A stretch of 64,000 nucleotides of DNA from Candidatus Sulfobium sp. (GTDB taxonomy: Bacteria; Nitrospirota; Thermodesulfovibrionia; Thermodesulfovibrionales; UBA6898): assembly GCA_037380845.1 (NCBI GenBank), contig JARRRI010000009.1:64001-128000 (forward strand), read 5' to 3'. This document shows positions 1 through 10,703 of the stretch, piece after piece. The translations under genes were made by a program, and so were the position numbers. The notes beneath the pieces are model-generated. The model did no database searches. It was not told the origin of the DNA and worked only from the letters and a program-made list of their open reading frames with translations. The stretch's first letter is position 1, and each line of letters opens with the position of its first letter.

Positions 1-247
1 CGCTCCCGTCGCTCACGACGGATGTCTTGTCTACCACCTTCATATAAAGGTGTTCGAAGACAAGACAACTCAATATACAGAGGACCGTAACAAACAGGGC
101 TTTAAGCCCGAAGAAATACAGACCGGAAAGTATTGCCGGCAGCAGGGCCAGGCTGACGGTCCACATAATGCGGCTCGTCGTCTCCTCGCTCTTGACATGA
201 GGACTGACCGACACTACCAGGTAATGTTCTTTTTTCGTTGCCTCCAT
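1..247 (-). CDS. rnfD: Rnf complex subunit D, 5' part (runs off window)
   Basis: Manual translation from ATG at 247: MEATKKEHYLVVSVSPHVKSEETTSRIMWTVSLALLPA...VVSDGS, the typical RnfD SPH...IM N-terminus. AGGAG RBS; directly downstream of rnfC. Confidence 0.9.
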   Translation of the reverse strand, partial: MEATKKEHYLVVSVSPHVKSEETTSRIMWTVSLALLPAILSGLYFFGLKALFVTVLCILSCLVFEHLYMKVVDKTSVVSDGS

Positions 248-259
248 TCTCAACTCTCC

Positions 260-1567
260 TTAAGGCTTGACCATGGATTTCGCTACTCTCACAAGCTGGA
301 CTATCGGCCTCTTCGAAGGGCAGACAAAGGTACAGGAACCGCATTCGAAACAGTCGAAGAGGTTATATTCCTTGCAGTCCTCATAATGGCCCTTTTCCGC
401 AAGCAGGCTGAGCATGGACGGCATAAGTCCCATCGGGCATACGTCGATGCACCTGCCGCATCTTATGCACGGGCTGAAATCCTCGGCATGGACAATCCCT
501 TCTTCGGGCAATACAAGGATGCCGGATGTGCCCTTCGTCACCGGAACGTCCAGCGATGAAAGGGCAAACCCCATCATCGGTCCCCCGGCGATCACCTTGG
601 CGACCTCGTCCTTCAGACCGCCGCATTCTTCCACCAGTTCGGATATCTTGGTGCCGACCCTGACCATCAGGTTCTTGGGTTCCCTGATCCCTTCACCGGT
701 GACCGTGACGACCCGCTCTATAAGAGGCTTGCCGAAGCGCGCGGCTTCATAAATCGAGAGTGCCGTACCCACATTCTGGACGACAACACCGACATCCATG
801 GGAAGACCCCTGGAGGGGACCTCCCTCCCGAGCACCGCCTTTATCAGCATTTTTTCGGCGCCCTGGGGGTACTTCACCTCCAGCGACAGAACCTCTATGC
901 CCGCCTCGCCCGCAGTCGCCTCCTTCATCTTTGCGACTGCGTCGGGTTTATTGTTCTCGATGCCGATGTACCCCTTCTCCAGATTGAGGACCTTCATCAG
1001 TATTTTGAGACCTTCTACTATTTCCTTCGGCTTTTCGAGCATAAGTCTGTAATCTGCCGTCAAATAAGGCTCGCACTCGGCTCCATTGATCACAACCGCG
1101 TCGATCGGCTTTTCTTTCGGAGGGGAAAGCTTGACGGCGGTTGGAAAGGCAGCCCCGCCGAGGCCGACGATCCCGGCCGCCTTTATCTTCTCTTTCAACT
1201 CGTCGGCAGAGAGGTTCATGTAGTCAGGGCTGTCCTTCAGGGCGGTCCATTCATCCTTCATATCGTTTTCTATTACGACGGAATTGACCATCCTTCCCAT
1301 CGCATTCTGGAATTCCCCTATGGCGATGACTTTTCCCGAGACTGAAGAATGTACCGGCGCCGAGACAAAACCTCCCGGTTCGCCTATCATCTCGCCCTTC
1401 TTTACTTCCTGACCAATCGAGACAAGCGGCTTGCAAGGGGCTCCGGCGTGCTGACTGAGGGGGATTACAACGATCTTTGGCGGCTTCGCCCCGGTGATAG
1501 GACTGTGTGCTGATAACTCTTTTTTGTCCGGCGGATGTATACCGCCTTTAAACGTGGCTGTGCCCAT
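260..1567 (-). CDS. rnfC: Rnf electron transport complex subunit C
   Basis: TFKGGIHP, GIVGLGGAAFPT, INGAECEPYLTAD and two 4Fe-4S motifs (CIRCGRCIDVCP, CFECGSCTFVCP). Start moved to ATG 1567 after a GGAGG RBS. Confidence 0.95.
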   Translation of the reverse strand: MGTATFKGGIHPPDKKELSAHSPITGAKPPKIVVIPLSQHAGAPCKPLVSIGQEVKKGEMIGEPGGFVSAPVHSSVSGKVIAIGEFQNAMGRMVNSVVIENDMKDEWTALKDSPDYMNLSADELKEKIKAAGIVGLGGAAFPTAVKLSPPKEKPIDAVVINGAECEPYLTADYRLMLEKPKEIVEGLKILMKVLNLEKGYIGIENNKPDAVAKMKEATAGEAGIEVLSLEVKYPQGAEKMLIKAVLGREVPSRGLPMDVGVVVQNVGTALSIYEAARFGKPLIERVVTVTGEGIREPKNLMVRVGTKISELVEECGGLKDEVAKVIAGGPMMGFALSSLDVPVTKGTSGILVLPEEGIVHAEDFSPCIRCGRCIDVCPMGLMPSMLSLLAEKGHYEDCKEYNLFDCFECGSCTFVCPSKRPIVQLVRVAKSMVKP

Positions 1568-1617
1568 CTTAACGATTTCCTCCTTGGGATCTCGGCAGCC
1601 CAAAAAAATGCCGTTAT

Positions 1618-1647
1618 TTAATAACATGCCGTCTAAGGGTATGTCAA
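1618..1647 (-). promoter_or_regulatory. sigma70-type promoter for the rnf operon
   Basis: TTGACA-18 nt-TATTAA with an extended TG on the minus strand. Near-palindrome GTTATTAAATAAC overlaps the -10. Confidence 0.5.
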
Positions 1648-1693
1648 GTGGTGATTTTACTTTCCCTGAAAATCAGGCTTTCAGGGTTGCCCG

Positions 1694-4600
1694 CTAATCA
1701 TTCCTTTCACACCACCGCCGGGCGTTCTGGAACATCCTGAGCCATGGCGACGCCCGGAGGTTCTGCGTCCACTCTTCCGGCATCCATGCCCACTGCCACT
1801 TGAGAAAGGCCCGTTCGGGATGGGGCATGAGGGCGAGGTGTCTTCCGTCGGGAGAGCAGAGGGCGGTAATGCCATCCGGAGAACCGTTGGGGTTGAATGG
1901 ATACTGTTCGGTAGGAGTGCCGCTGTCATCAACATATCTTATGGGGGCGAGCCCGCGCTGGAGGACATCTTTTCTTATCGAATCGTCCGGGAAATACGCC
2001 AGTCCTTCCCCGTGGGCAACCCAGACCCCGAGGACGGAATCCGCCATCCCCTCAAGCATGACCGCCGGACTTTCAATTATCCTGACCGATGCAAAGCGGG
2101 ACTCGAACCGCCCCGAGCTGTTATGGATAAACCTGGGCTGATGTATATCCGGAATGCCCTGCCACGGGACCCACCCCAAAAGGGCCATCAGCTGACATCC
2201 GTTACATACGCCAAGACTGAAAGTATCGGAACGCTCGTAGAATATCCGGAACTGTTCGCGGATTCTCTCATGGAATCTGATAACCCCGGCCCAGCCCTTG
2301 GCGGAACCAAGAACATCAGCATAGCTGAAGCCCCCGACAAAGACCATTCCCCTGAAACTCTGAAGGTCAGCCCTTTCCTCCAGGAAGTCAGTCATCGTCA
2401 CGTCCCAGGGTTCGAAACCGGCAGTGAAAAAGGCGGAGGTCATCTCCCTGTCCCCATTGCTACCCTCTTCACGCACTATCCCTACCCGCGGCTTTTCAGA
2501 CCTTTCCAGCACCTCATGGGGAGTAGGTTCCGGGCTGAAGGAGAGACGAAGGGACGGCCCGGTCATGTCATATATGTTCTTCTTCTCCTCCTCGACACAC
2601 TCCGGGTTTCTCTGAAGCCTGTCAAGCCTGTAGCTTGTCTCCTCCCAGATCTCCCTGAGGACCCTCATGTCTTCGTGCAAAACCGTGAGGGGCGGGGAGT
2701 CAGGAGTCAGTAATGAGATGTTTATCATCTTATCGGGCGTGGTATTCCCGATAATCCGATATGGGATACCCTGTTTCTGGAGCTCCGAAGTTATCTTATC
2801 TTCATTTTCGGGAAGGTACTCGATAACCATCCCGAGTTCTTCGGAAAAAAGAACCGGTATGCCCGGGTTATGACCTTTGCTCCCTGCTCTCTGCCGTATT
2901 TCGATGTCGAGGCCGCAATTACCGGCAAATGCCATTTCAAGGAGCGTCGTAACAAGGCCGCCGTCGGACCTGTCATGGCCCGAGAGCACCAGACCTTCAG
3001 ACACCATCTTCTGTACGGCGTTGAAGGTCCTCTTCAGCAACTCCGGGTCTTCGACGTCGGGACATTCATCGCCTGCCTGCCGGTAGCACTGTGCGAGAGC
3101 GGAGCCACCCAGACGGTCGTTGCCCTTCGCCAAATCGATGAAGAGAATCCTGCCATCTCCGGGTCTCTTTATGTCCGGAGTCACAGTTTTGGTAATATCC
3201 GGACACGCAACATAGGCCGAGACGACGAGCGTTCCGGGCGATTTCACGGTTTCTGTCTTTCCTGAAGAACCTGGGACCCTGGCAGCCATGGACAGGCTGT
3301 CCTTCCCGCCGTCGACAGCTATGCCCAGTTCGATCATGATATCGCGCATTGCCACCGCCGCGTCATACAGGTCCGCCCCTTCGCCGGGAAGTTTAGGCGC
3401 CCACATCCAGTTCGCGGAGCATTTGATATCTTCGATGGCGGTCACCTTCGCCCATGCGATGTTCGTCAACGCCTCGGCAACGCTCATCCTCGCCATCGCA
3501 GCCGGGTTCAGCAGGGTCTTGACGGGCTGCTCACCGATAGAAATGGCGACCCCCGTAAGGCCGTAATGGCTCTGGGCGGCCACCGCGACATCGGACAGGG
3601 TGATCTGAAGGGGGCCTACGCACTGCTGCTGTGCAACCAGACCGGTTACCGACCTGTCGACCTTGTTCGTCAGGAACCTTTTGGAGCCCACAGAGACAAG
3701 CCTGAGCACGCGGTCGAGGGCTTCACGCACTGAAAGCCCTTCAGGCAGTTCGAGCGGCTTCAGTTCACGGCGCACCCTGTCCAGCCTGAACGTCTTCTGC
3801 GGCATCTCGCCCAAAACTTTATCGAGATGAAGATTAACAGGCGTGGTTCCGTCCGTTTCGTCGTGAAGGACGATATATCCGTCCCCTGTGATCTCGCCGA
3901 TGAAGGCACAGGGGACTTTTTCCCTCCCGCACGTTTCAAGGAAAGCTTCCGCCCGATCGGGATATATGAGGAGCGCGTTCTGCTCCTGATATTCCGCGCC
4001 CCATATCTCAAGCACCGACAGAGTATTGTCTCCGAGCTGAATCTTCCTGATCTCTATTTTCGCTCCGGCCGGATAAATGATCTCCTTCACTACATTGCAA
4101 TTGCCGCCGGCGCCCTGGTCGTGGATGCTTATGACGGGATTAGCATCTCCGAGTTCGACACAGGCCCGGATGATCCTGTTCATCTTTTGCTCCATCTCGG
4201 CGTCCCCGCGCTGCACGGCGTTGAAATCGAGTTCTTCTACGTTCTGCCCCTGGATCATGCTCGACGCCGCTCCGCCACCCATGCCGATCCGGTAGGCGGG
4301 GCCCCCTACCTTCGTCACGAGCATCCCTTTGGCCGGGTCCTTCTTTTCGATATGGCGGGAATCCATCTGACCGACGCCCCCGGTAAACATCATCGGTTTG
4401 ATCCACTCCCGTCTCTGCCCGTCCGGCATTCTGAGACCGAACGACCTGGTGAATCCCTGGATGACTGGCTCTCCGAATTTGTTGCCGTAATCCGAAGCTC
4501 CGTTGCTGGCTTCTATCTCTATAGTGAGGGGACTCGCGAGGTTCGGCGGATAGACAAAGCCCTCATTCTCCCAGGGGAGATCATACCCCGGTATGCGCAG

Positions 4601-5665
4601 GTTGCCCACGCAGTACGCAGCCGTACCGGCGATGACCAGGGCCCCCCTGCCCGTGGCCTGGACGTCCCTTATCCTTCCCCCTGTGCCGGTTTCGGCCCCC
4701 GGGAAAGGCGCCACGCCGCTTGGGAAATTGTGAGTCTCGGCGGTGAATATCGGATGATAAGCAGCCTTTGCCCTCCTGAACCGCGAAATCCCGCCTGGGC
4801 TTTCCGGCAGAATGGCCGGGACGTCAAAGCCCTTGATAGCACTCGAATTATCCCTGAAGGCGATCACGCTGTTACCGGGATTCCGCTCCAGCGGGGCACG
4901 GACAATCGACATCAGGTTTTTGGGGACCTCCCTCCCGTCGATGATCAGTCTCCCCTTGAAAAACCAGTGGCGTGAATGCTCGCTGTTGGACTGGCTGAGG
5001 TCGAAACACTCTACGTTTGTCGGATTCCGGCCGATTTCTTCTGCAAAAAGACGGTAATAGTAATCAATGTCCCAGTCGTCCAGCCCCAGGCCCATCTCCG
5101 CGTTTATTTTTTCGAGTGCCTGTCTCCCCTCTTCAATGATCGGGACAGCGCTAACCGGTTCCGGCTTCAAGCCGGTCTCGAAACTCCTGAGCCGTTCCGG
5201 ATAGAGGCACTCCGTCATGCGGTCATAGAGTCCGCTGGAGAACTTTCCCAGGTCTTCGCCGGTAAGTTCGGATGACGCATCGATCCTGTATCTTCGTGAA
5301 CGCTCTATCCGCGTTATCTTCGCAAGACCGCATGCACGGCATACTGAAACGGCGTTCGTGGACCATGCCGTAGTGAAGTTCATGCGCGGTCCGGCCTCGA
5401 GAATATAACGTCGTCCCGCTGTTTCCTCTTCCCGGTCCAGAAAGCTGTCTTGGGAGAAATTCTCCGGTTCGAAGGTTTCACTGAGCAGCCATCGGAGCAG
5501 TTCCGCCTCATCGGGAAGAAGATCGGCCTCCGCTTCGATATAAAAGCAGAATTCCGTCTGAATATCCTCTATCGCCCCGGAGACTTTAAACCTCGCGAAA
5601 GACAAGAGCGCATTCTTCCTGTGTTCCGTAAGAGCGGGTCTCTTATACCGGTAAGTTAAGAACAA
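1694..5665 (-). CDS. purL: Phosphoribosylformylglycinamidine synthase, large single-chain type
   Basis: 1323 aa; NSEHSRHWFF, TAETHNFP, GKDSLSM; C-terminal glutaminase domain with GVCNGCQ and MPHPER. Confidence 0.97.
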   Translation of the reverse strand: MFLTYRYKRPALTEHRKNALLSFARFKVSGAIEDIQTEFCFYIEAEADLLPDEAELLRWLLSETFEPENFSQDSFLDREEETAGRRYILEAGPRMNFTTAWSTNAVSVCRACGLAKITRIERSRRYRIDASSELTGEDLGKFSSGLYDRMTECLYPERLRSFETGLKPEPVSAVPIIEEGRQALEKINAEMGLGLDDWDIDYYYRLFAEEIGRNPTNVECFDLSQSNSEHSRHWFFKGRLIIDGREVPKNLMSIVRAPLERNPGNSVIAFRDNSSAIKGFDVPAILPESPGGISRFRRAKAAYHPIFTAETHNFPSGVAPFPGAETGTGGRIRDVQATGRGALVIAGTAAYCVGNLRIPGYDLPWENEGFVYPPNLASPLTIEIEASNGASDYGNKFGEPVIQGFTRSFGLRMPDGQRREWIKPMMFTGGVGQMDSRHIEKKDPAKGMLVTKVGGPAYRIGMGGGAASSMIQGQNVEELDFNAVQRGDAEMEQKMNRIIRACVELGDANPVISIHDQGAGGNCNVVKEIIYPAGAKIEIRKIQLGDNTLSVLEIWGAEYQEQNALLIYPDRAEAFLETCGREKVPCAFIGEITGDGYIVLHDETDGTTPVNLHLDKVLGEMPQKTFRLDRVRRELKPLELPEGLSVREALDRVLRLVSVGSKRFLTNKVDRSVTGLVAQQQCVGPLQITLSDVAVAAQSHYGLTGVAISIGEQPVKTLLNPAAMARMSVAEALTNIAWAKVTAIEDIKCSANWMWAPKLPGEGADLYDAAVAMRDIMIELGIAVDGGKDSLSMAARVPGSSGKTETVKSPGTLVVSAYVACPDITKTVTPDIKRPGDGRILFIDLAKGNDRLGGSALAQCYRQAGDECPDVEDPELLKRTFNAVQKMVSEGLVLSGHDRSDGGLVTTLLEMAFAGNCGLDIEIRQRAGSKGHNPGIPVLFSEELGMVIEYLPENEDKITSELQKQGIPYRIIGNTTPDKMINISLLTPDSPPLTVLHEDMRVLREIWEETSYRLDRLQRNPECVEEEKKNIYDMTGPSLRLSFSPEPTPHEVLERSEKPRVGIVREEGSNGDREMTSAFFTAGFEPWDVTMTDFLEERADLQSFRGMVFVGGFSYADVLGSAKGWAGVIRFHERIREQFRIFYERSDTFSLGVCNGCQLMALLGWVPWQGIPDIHQPRFIHNSSGRFESRFASVRIIESPAVMLEGMADSVLGVWVAHGEGLAYFPDDSIRKDVLQRGLAPIRYVDDSGTPTEQYPFNPNGSPDGITALCSPDGRHLALMPHPERAFLKWQWAWMPEEWTQNLRASPWLRMFQNARRWCERND
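2685..2719. repeat. Heptamer tandem array inside purL (in frame)
   Basis: gtgaggg gcgggga gtcagga gtcagta atgagat; encodes part of ISLLTPDSPPLT. Confidence 0.6.
2868..2895. repeat. Heptamer tandem array inside purL (in frame)
   Basis: ttatgac ctttgct ccctgct ctctgcc; encodes QRAGSKGH. Confidence 0.55.
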
Positions 5666-5681
5666 TGTGGATTATCCATCC

Positions 5682-6986
5682 TCAATTCTTCGCCTTTCCG
5701 AATACCCTCTGATAGATGTAGTCAATATTTCTGAAATAGTGTTTAAGATCGAACATATCCCTGATCTCGGCAGGGGTAAGGTACTTTCTGACGTTCCTGT
5801 CCTTCATCAGCATACCTTTGAATTCCTTCCTCTTCTTCCAGCTCTCCATGGCGTTCTTCTGGACGACGGCATAGGCACCCTCCCTGCTCATACCTTTTTC
5901 GGTGAGCTTGAGAAGAACGTTCTGAGAATTGTAAAGACCGTAACTGCACGCCATATTTTCCTTCATTTTACCGGGATAGACCTGCAGGCCGGACAGGATG
6001 CCCGTCAGTCTGTGGAGCATGTAATCCACCAGTATGGTGCTGTCCGGTATGATCACTCGCTCTACCGAAGAATGCGAGATGTCCCTCTCGTGCCACAGGG
6101 CGACATTTTCCAATGATGCCAGGGAATTCGCCCTAACCACCCGCGCCAGTCCGGAAAGGTTCTCGGATCCCACAGGATTCCTCTTGTGGGGCATGGCGGA
6201 AGAGCCTTTCTGTCCCCTGGCAAAAGGTTCTTCCGCCTCCAGGACTTCGGTCCGCTGGAGGTGTCTGATCTCGACCGCTATCTTCTCGACCGAGGCGGCA
6301 ATTATCGCCAGGGTGGAAAGGTACTCGGCATGCCTGTCTCTCTGGACGACCTGAGTTGCCACGGATTCAGGTTTCAACCCGAGCTTTTTGCAGACCTTCT
6401 CCTCGATCACCGTCGGAATGTTGGAAAACGTGCCTACCGCCCCGGACAATTTCCCTATGCTGACGGTCTTTCTCGCCCTTTCCATCCGCTCTATGTTCCG
6501 CCGTGCCTCTTCATGCCATAGCGCAAACTTCAGTCCGAATGTCATGGGCTCCGCGTGGACGCCGTGGCTCCTGCCGATACAGACCGTGTCCTTGTACTTA
6601 AATGCCTGCTCCCTCATAACGTCCTTTAACTTCTTGAGGTCCCTGAGAATAATGGCTGCAGCCTCCTTCATGAGAAGGGACTGCGCAGTGTCTACGATAT
6701 CTGAAGAGGTTAGGCCTTTATGTATATATCTGGACTCAGGCCCCACCTTTTCGGCAACGGAGGTCAGAAAAGCTATCACGTCATGCTTGACCACGGCCTC
6801 GATTTCATCGATCCTCGCCACGTCGAACCCGGCTCTTTCCTTTATCACGGCTAAAGCACCCTTCGGGATCTTACCGGTCTCCGCCCACGCTTCGCACACT
6901 GCAATCTCGACGTCCAGCCACTTGCTGAACTTGTTTTCAGGCTCCCACAGCCCTCCCATCTCTTTACGTGTATATCTTGCGATCAT
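5682..6986 (-). CDS. purB: Adenylosuccinate lyase
   Basis: MIARYTR start, KHDVIAF, GRSHGVHAEP and the signature GSSAMPHKRNP. Confidence 0.97.
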   Translation of the reverse strand: MIARYTRKEMGGLWEPENKFSKWLDVEIAVCEAWAETGKIPKGALAVIKERAGFDVARIDEIEAVVKHDVIAFLTSVAEKVGPESRYIHKGLTSSDIVDTAQSLLMKEAAAIILRDLKKLKDVMREQAFKYKDTVCIGRSHGVHAEPMTFGLKFALWHEEARRNIERMERARKTVSIGKLSGAVGTFSNIPTVIEEKVCKKLGLKPESVATQVVQRDRHAEYLSTLAIIAASVEKIAVEIRHLQRTEVLEAEEPFARGQKGSSAMPHKRNPVGSENLSGLARVVRANSLASLENVALWHERDISHSSVERVIIPDSTILVDYMLHRLTGILSGLQVYPGKMKENMACSYGLYNSQNVLLKLTEKGMSREGAYAVVQKNAMESWKKRKEFKGMLMKDRNVRKYLTPAEIRDMFDLKHYFRNIDYIYQRVFGKAKN

Positions 6987-7451
6987 TGTTCCTCTCTCTC
7001 CTGACTAGATTACTGTATATTCAGATTCACCATACCAGAACAGGCTTCAGTCTGTTTTCCCATTTATGCCCGAAACTTTTTGCTCGAAATCCTTGATCCC
7101 GCCAGGACACAGTTCACGCTCAAAGCAGTGCGGATGAGCCGATGCACCAATTTGGACTCAGGTGCCCTATCGGCACCATTGACTTTACAATAACAGGAAA
7201 TTTTATTCAAATTGGCCCTGATGTTTATCATTGATCACCTTGCGGTTGCATAAATTCTGCAAAAAGAAGACTGGTATTCAGAAGAAGATCCATATTTTTC
7301 TCCGCAATTTAACGGGAGGTTGCCGAAAGGGCCATGCGCGAAGTCATCGAATGTTTACGTCTGTGGTTTTCCGTGGGTCAAAACGAATTCGGCGGCCATA
7401 TATGGGCTTTTCATGCATGTCACCCTCTCAGCCATACACCACGGAGAATAA

Positions 7452-7862
7452 TCAGGTCTTGGGGAAGTCATGGGCGATCTTGTCGAGAAGGCCGTTGATG
7501 AAGGAGGCGGATTCCAGCGAAGAATACTTCTTTGCGATCTCCAGGGCCTCGTTGATCGTCACCGCCGGAGGGATGTCTTTCGCGTAAAGTATCTCATAGA
7601 CCGCGAATCTCAATATGTTTCTGTCGACGGCAGCCATCCTCTTCATGTCCCAGTGTTCGGCCGCCTTCTGTATAGCACCGTCTATTTCTTCAATATGTTC
7701 CAGTGCCCCCCGCACAAGGCGCTCAGCAAATCTTCCGGCTTCACCGGATTCTTCGCTGCCGGCCCAGAAATCTTCCGGCGGCTTCTGTCCCTTTTTGTGG
7801 CCCGAAAACTCGTGCTGGAAGAGCATCTGAAGCGCATATTCCCTCGCTTTGCGGCGGTTCAT
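7452..7862 (-). CDS. nusB: Transcription antitermination factor NusB
   Basis: RRKAREYALQMLF, DRNILR, INEALEIAKKY, FINGLLD; follows ribH. Confidence 0.95.
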   Translation of the reverse strand: MNRRKAREYALQMLFQHEFSGHKKGQKPPEDFWAGSEESGEAGRFAERLVRGALEHIEEIDGAIQKAAEHWDMKRMAAVDRNILRFAVYEILYAKDIPPAVTINEALEIAKKYSSLESASFINGLLDKIAHDFPKT

Positions 7863-7863
7863 A

Positions 7864-8008
7864 AAGAAGTGAGGCGCGAGGTGAGAAGTGTGAAGAGCAA
7901 AAAATGCGGCCTCTTTGTTCTTTCCGTTTGCATTTCTGCTTGAAGCAGAAGATCCGGGGCAAGCCGGTACGACTGTTCTTCTTTACTCCTCACACCTCAC
8001 TCCTCACG
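7864..8008. repeat. Composite intergenic repeat: purine-rich heptamers, a REP-like half site, then complementary pyrimidine-rich heptamers
   Basis: aagtgag gcgcgag gtgagaa gtgtgaa ... gatccggggcaagccggtacgac ... ttcttta ctcctca cacctca ctcctca. Confidence 0.65.
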
Positions 8009-8023
8009 ATTCTTGCGTCTTCC

Positions 8024-8485
8024 TTACAGCTTCTTCATCACCTGGGCCATCTCGATCGCAGTCATGGCAGCATCGAATCCCTTGTTTCCGCTCTTGGTGC
8101 CGGCCCTCTCAACCGCCTGTTCGATCGTATCGGATGTTATTACGCCGAAGGATATCGGCACACCCGTCTCCAGGGAAGCAGCCGCAACGCCCTTCGATAC
8201 TTCAGCCGCAACATAATCGAAATGTGGCGTGGCCCCCCTGATTACGGTCCCCAGGCAGATGACCGCATTGCAGGAATTCTTTGTTGCCAGCTTCTTCGCT
8301 ACAAGGGGCAGCTCGAAGGCGCCGGGCACCTTCACCACGTCGATATCTTCCTCCTTGGCCCCATGTCTGAGCAGGGCGTCAACGGCACCGTCGAGAAGTT
8401 TTCCCGTTATAAAATCATTGAACCTGCTTACCACGACCGCAAACTTGAGACCTTTCGCCTGCAGTTCTCCCTGAATGACTTTCAT
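8024..8485 (-). CDS. ribH: 6,7-dimethyl-8-ribityllumazine synthase
   Basis: [38 protein letters not shown]. Start MKVIQG at 8485 after GGAGG. Confidence 0.97.
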   Translation of the reverse strand: MKVIQGELQAKGLKFAVVVSRFNDFITGKLLDGAVDALLRHGAKEEDIDVVKVPGAFELPLVAKKLATKNSCNAVICLGTVIRGATPHFDYVAAEVSKGVAAASLETGVPISFGVITSDTIEQAVERAGTKSGNKGFDAAMTAIEMAQVMKKL

Positions 8486-8773
8486 TTCCTCCCTCCGGAT
8501 ATCTTTATTTTTGATCGCCAGCCGGTACCGTCTTTTTCGTCTGTCGCAAACACACCCCAACCGTCACCTGACAGTTGCATACTCAATCTGAAGAAAGAGA
8601 GACGAATGTGCTGAAAAAGCTCCATAACCCGGGGCTCCGCATGGGCCCCGGCGGGGTAATACCCGCCTTTCGGAAGGCATCTCGAGGTTGAATTTGAGTT
8701 TTCGTGAATCAAAATTGATACCTGCCGAACTTATGGATTTTTTCAGAATGTTCGCCTTCTCCTTTGTTCAATG

Positions 8774-9988
8774 CTAAACGTTATTAAGTATATGTCCGAG
8801 TTTTTTCTTCTTAGTCTTAAGGTAAACGAGATTCCGCTCGTGAGGGTTCATCTCTATCGGGACCCTCTCCACAACTTCCAGTCCGTATCCTTCAAGCCCT
8901 ACTATCTTCTTCGGGTTGTTCGTCATAAGACGCATCTTCCTCACTCCCAGATCCACAAGCATCTGGGCGCCTATACCATAATCTCTCAGGTCCGGCTTGA
9001 AGCCCAGTTTCAGGTTCGCCTCCACCGTATCAAGACCTTTGTCCTGCAATTCGTAGGCCTTCAACTTGTTTACCAGACCTATCCCCCGGCCTTCCTGTCT
9101 CATATATAAAATTACGCCCTTCCCGTTTTCATCAATCATCCTCATCGCACTATGCAGCTGTTCCCCGCAGTCGCATCTCCTTGAGCCGAAAACGTCGCCG
9201 GTCAGGCATTCCGAGTGGACCCTTACAAGGACATCGTCATCGTGACTTATTTCGCCTTTCACCAGTGCGATATGGACATTGCTGTCCATATCGTTGCCGT
9301 ACGCTATCACCGTAAAATCTCCGCCGAAATCAGTGGGAAGCCTGGTTGTGGAAACGCGGCGAACAAAACTCTCCGCCCTCATCCTGTACCTTATGAGGTC
9401 CTTTATGGTCACAACCTTCAGGTTGTGCTTCCTGGAAAATTCCAGCAGTTCGGGCAGTCTTGCCATGGTACCATCGTCGCTCATTACCTCGCATATTACG
9501 CCCGCCGGGTACAGCCGGGCCAGCCGCGCGAGATCGACGGAACCTTCCGTCTGGCCCGCCCTCTGAAGGACCCCGCCCCGCCGCGCCCTCAGGGGAAATA
9601 CGTGTCCAGGCTTGGCCAGGTCCTCCGGCTTTGTGTCGGGGTTTATGGCGGCAAGGATCGTGGTGGCCCTGTCGGCGGCGGAGATCCCCGTCGTCACGCC
9701 TTTCTTGGCCTCGACAGAGACCGTGAAAGCGGTCCCGAATGAAGATGTGTTTTCACCGGTCATCATCGGCAGCTTCAGTTCGTCGACCCTTTCCGGCGTC
9801 AGTGACAGACATATCAGGCCCCTGCCGTATTTCGCCATGAAATTGATCGCTTCAGGGGTAACCTTTTCTGCGGCCATGCACAGGTCGCCCTCGTTCTCCC
9901 TGTCTTCGTCGTCCACGAGGATGACCATTCTGCCGGCGGCCATATCCTCGATCGCCTCCTCTATGGTGTTGCACCTATTACGCGGCAT
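8774..9988 (-). CDS. ribBA: Bifunctional DHBP synthase / GTP cyclohydrolase II
   Basis: [47 protein letters not shown]. Confidence 0.97.
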   Translation of the reverse strand: MPRNRCNTIEEAIEDMAAGRMVILVDDEDRENEGDLCMAAEKVTPEAINFMAKYGRGLICLSLTPERVDELKLPMMTGENTSSFGTAFTVSVEAKKGVTTGISAADRATTILAAINPDTKPEDLAKPGHVFPLRARRGGVLQRAGQTEGSVDLARLARLYPAGVICEVMSDDGTMARLPELLEFSRKHNLKVVTIKDLIRYRMRAESFVRRVSTTRLPTDFGGDFTVIAYGNDMDSNVHIALVKGEISHDDDVLVRVHSECLTGDVFGSRRCDCGEQLHSAMRMIDENGKGVILYMRQEGRGIGLVNKLKAYELQDKGLDTVEANLKLGFKPDLRDYGIGAQMLVDLGVRKMRLMTNNPKKIVGLEGYGLEVVERVPIEMNPHERNLVYLKTKKKKLGHILNNV

Positions 9989-10067
9989 ATTCTCCTCCGG
10001 CGATAGCATATGTTAATACAATCAGAGCAATGTTCGTCATGTTCGCCTCTTCCTTATGACATCGTGG

Positions 10068-10703
10068 CTACGCAAACCCTTCCTCGACGAGGGCCTGCAT
10101 AAAACCCGAGTCTTTCCTCTTTCCCAGGAACCTGGCAACATACTTGCCAAGGATATCAGCCTCGATGTTCACGGAATCTCCGGCCTCCTTGTAACCGACT
10201 GTCGTCATCTTCGCCGTATGGGGAATTATGACGGTAGAGAAGCCCTCCCTGAACACCTCAACAACTGTGAGGCTTATGCCGTCCAGTGCGACCGAACCCT
10301 TTTCGACCAGAAGATCCGCGATCTTTGCTCCGGAATGGACCGCTATCTTGTACACTTCCCCTGAAACCGCCTTTGATCTTATGCTCCCCACGCCGTCTAT
10401 ATGGCCTGTTACGAAGTGTCCGCCCAGCCTGGAATCCGCCCTGAGTGAAGGTTCCAGATTCACCCGGTCTTTCAACCTCAGCCTACCGAGGTTCGTCGAT
10501 TTCAGCGTCTCGTCCGAAAGGTCGAAGGCAAGCAGGTCTCCTCTCTTTCCCACCACGGTAAGGCAGACTCCGTTCACTGCAATACTGTCCCCTATCGCTG
10601 CATCGGAAGACATGGCGGGAGACTGAATATCGAGCCGGCCTGCGGCCTTTCCCTTTCCCAAACCGGCCACCTCTCCCAGCTCTGCAATCAGTCCGGTAAA
10701 CAT
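10068..10703 (-). CDS. ribE: Riboflavin synthase
   Basis: MFTGL start, GDSIAVNGVCLT, GGHFVTGHIDG, VNIEADILGKY. Confidence 0.96.
   Translation of the reverse strand: MFTGLIAELGEVAGLGKGKAAGRLDIQSPAMSSDAAIGDSIAVNGVCLTVVGKRGDLLAFDLSDETLKSTNLGRLRLKDRVNLEPSLRADSRLGGHFVTGHIDGVGSIRSKAVSGEVYKIAVHSGAKIADLLVEKGSVALDGISLTVVEVFREGFSTVIIPHTAKMTTVGYKEAGDSVNIEADILGKYVARFLGKRKDSGFMQALVEEGFA

Noticed and set aside
3827..4975. Long antisense ORFs (also 1820-2713, 18287-19357, 27061-28440, 59894-60712)
   Set aside because: They shadow well-supported genes on the opposite strand, as expected in GC-rich DNA, and show no motifs.
6987..7451. ncRNA or small gene between nusB and purB
   Set aside because: Only two short hairpins; the ORF at 7231-7587 overlaps nusB antisense and has no recognisable features.
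8486..8773. FMN riboswitch in the rib cluster
   Set aside because: The conserved RFN strings (AGGGCGGGGTGAAATTCCC, CCGACGGT) are absent here and upstream of ribE.
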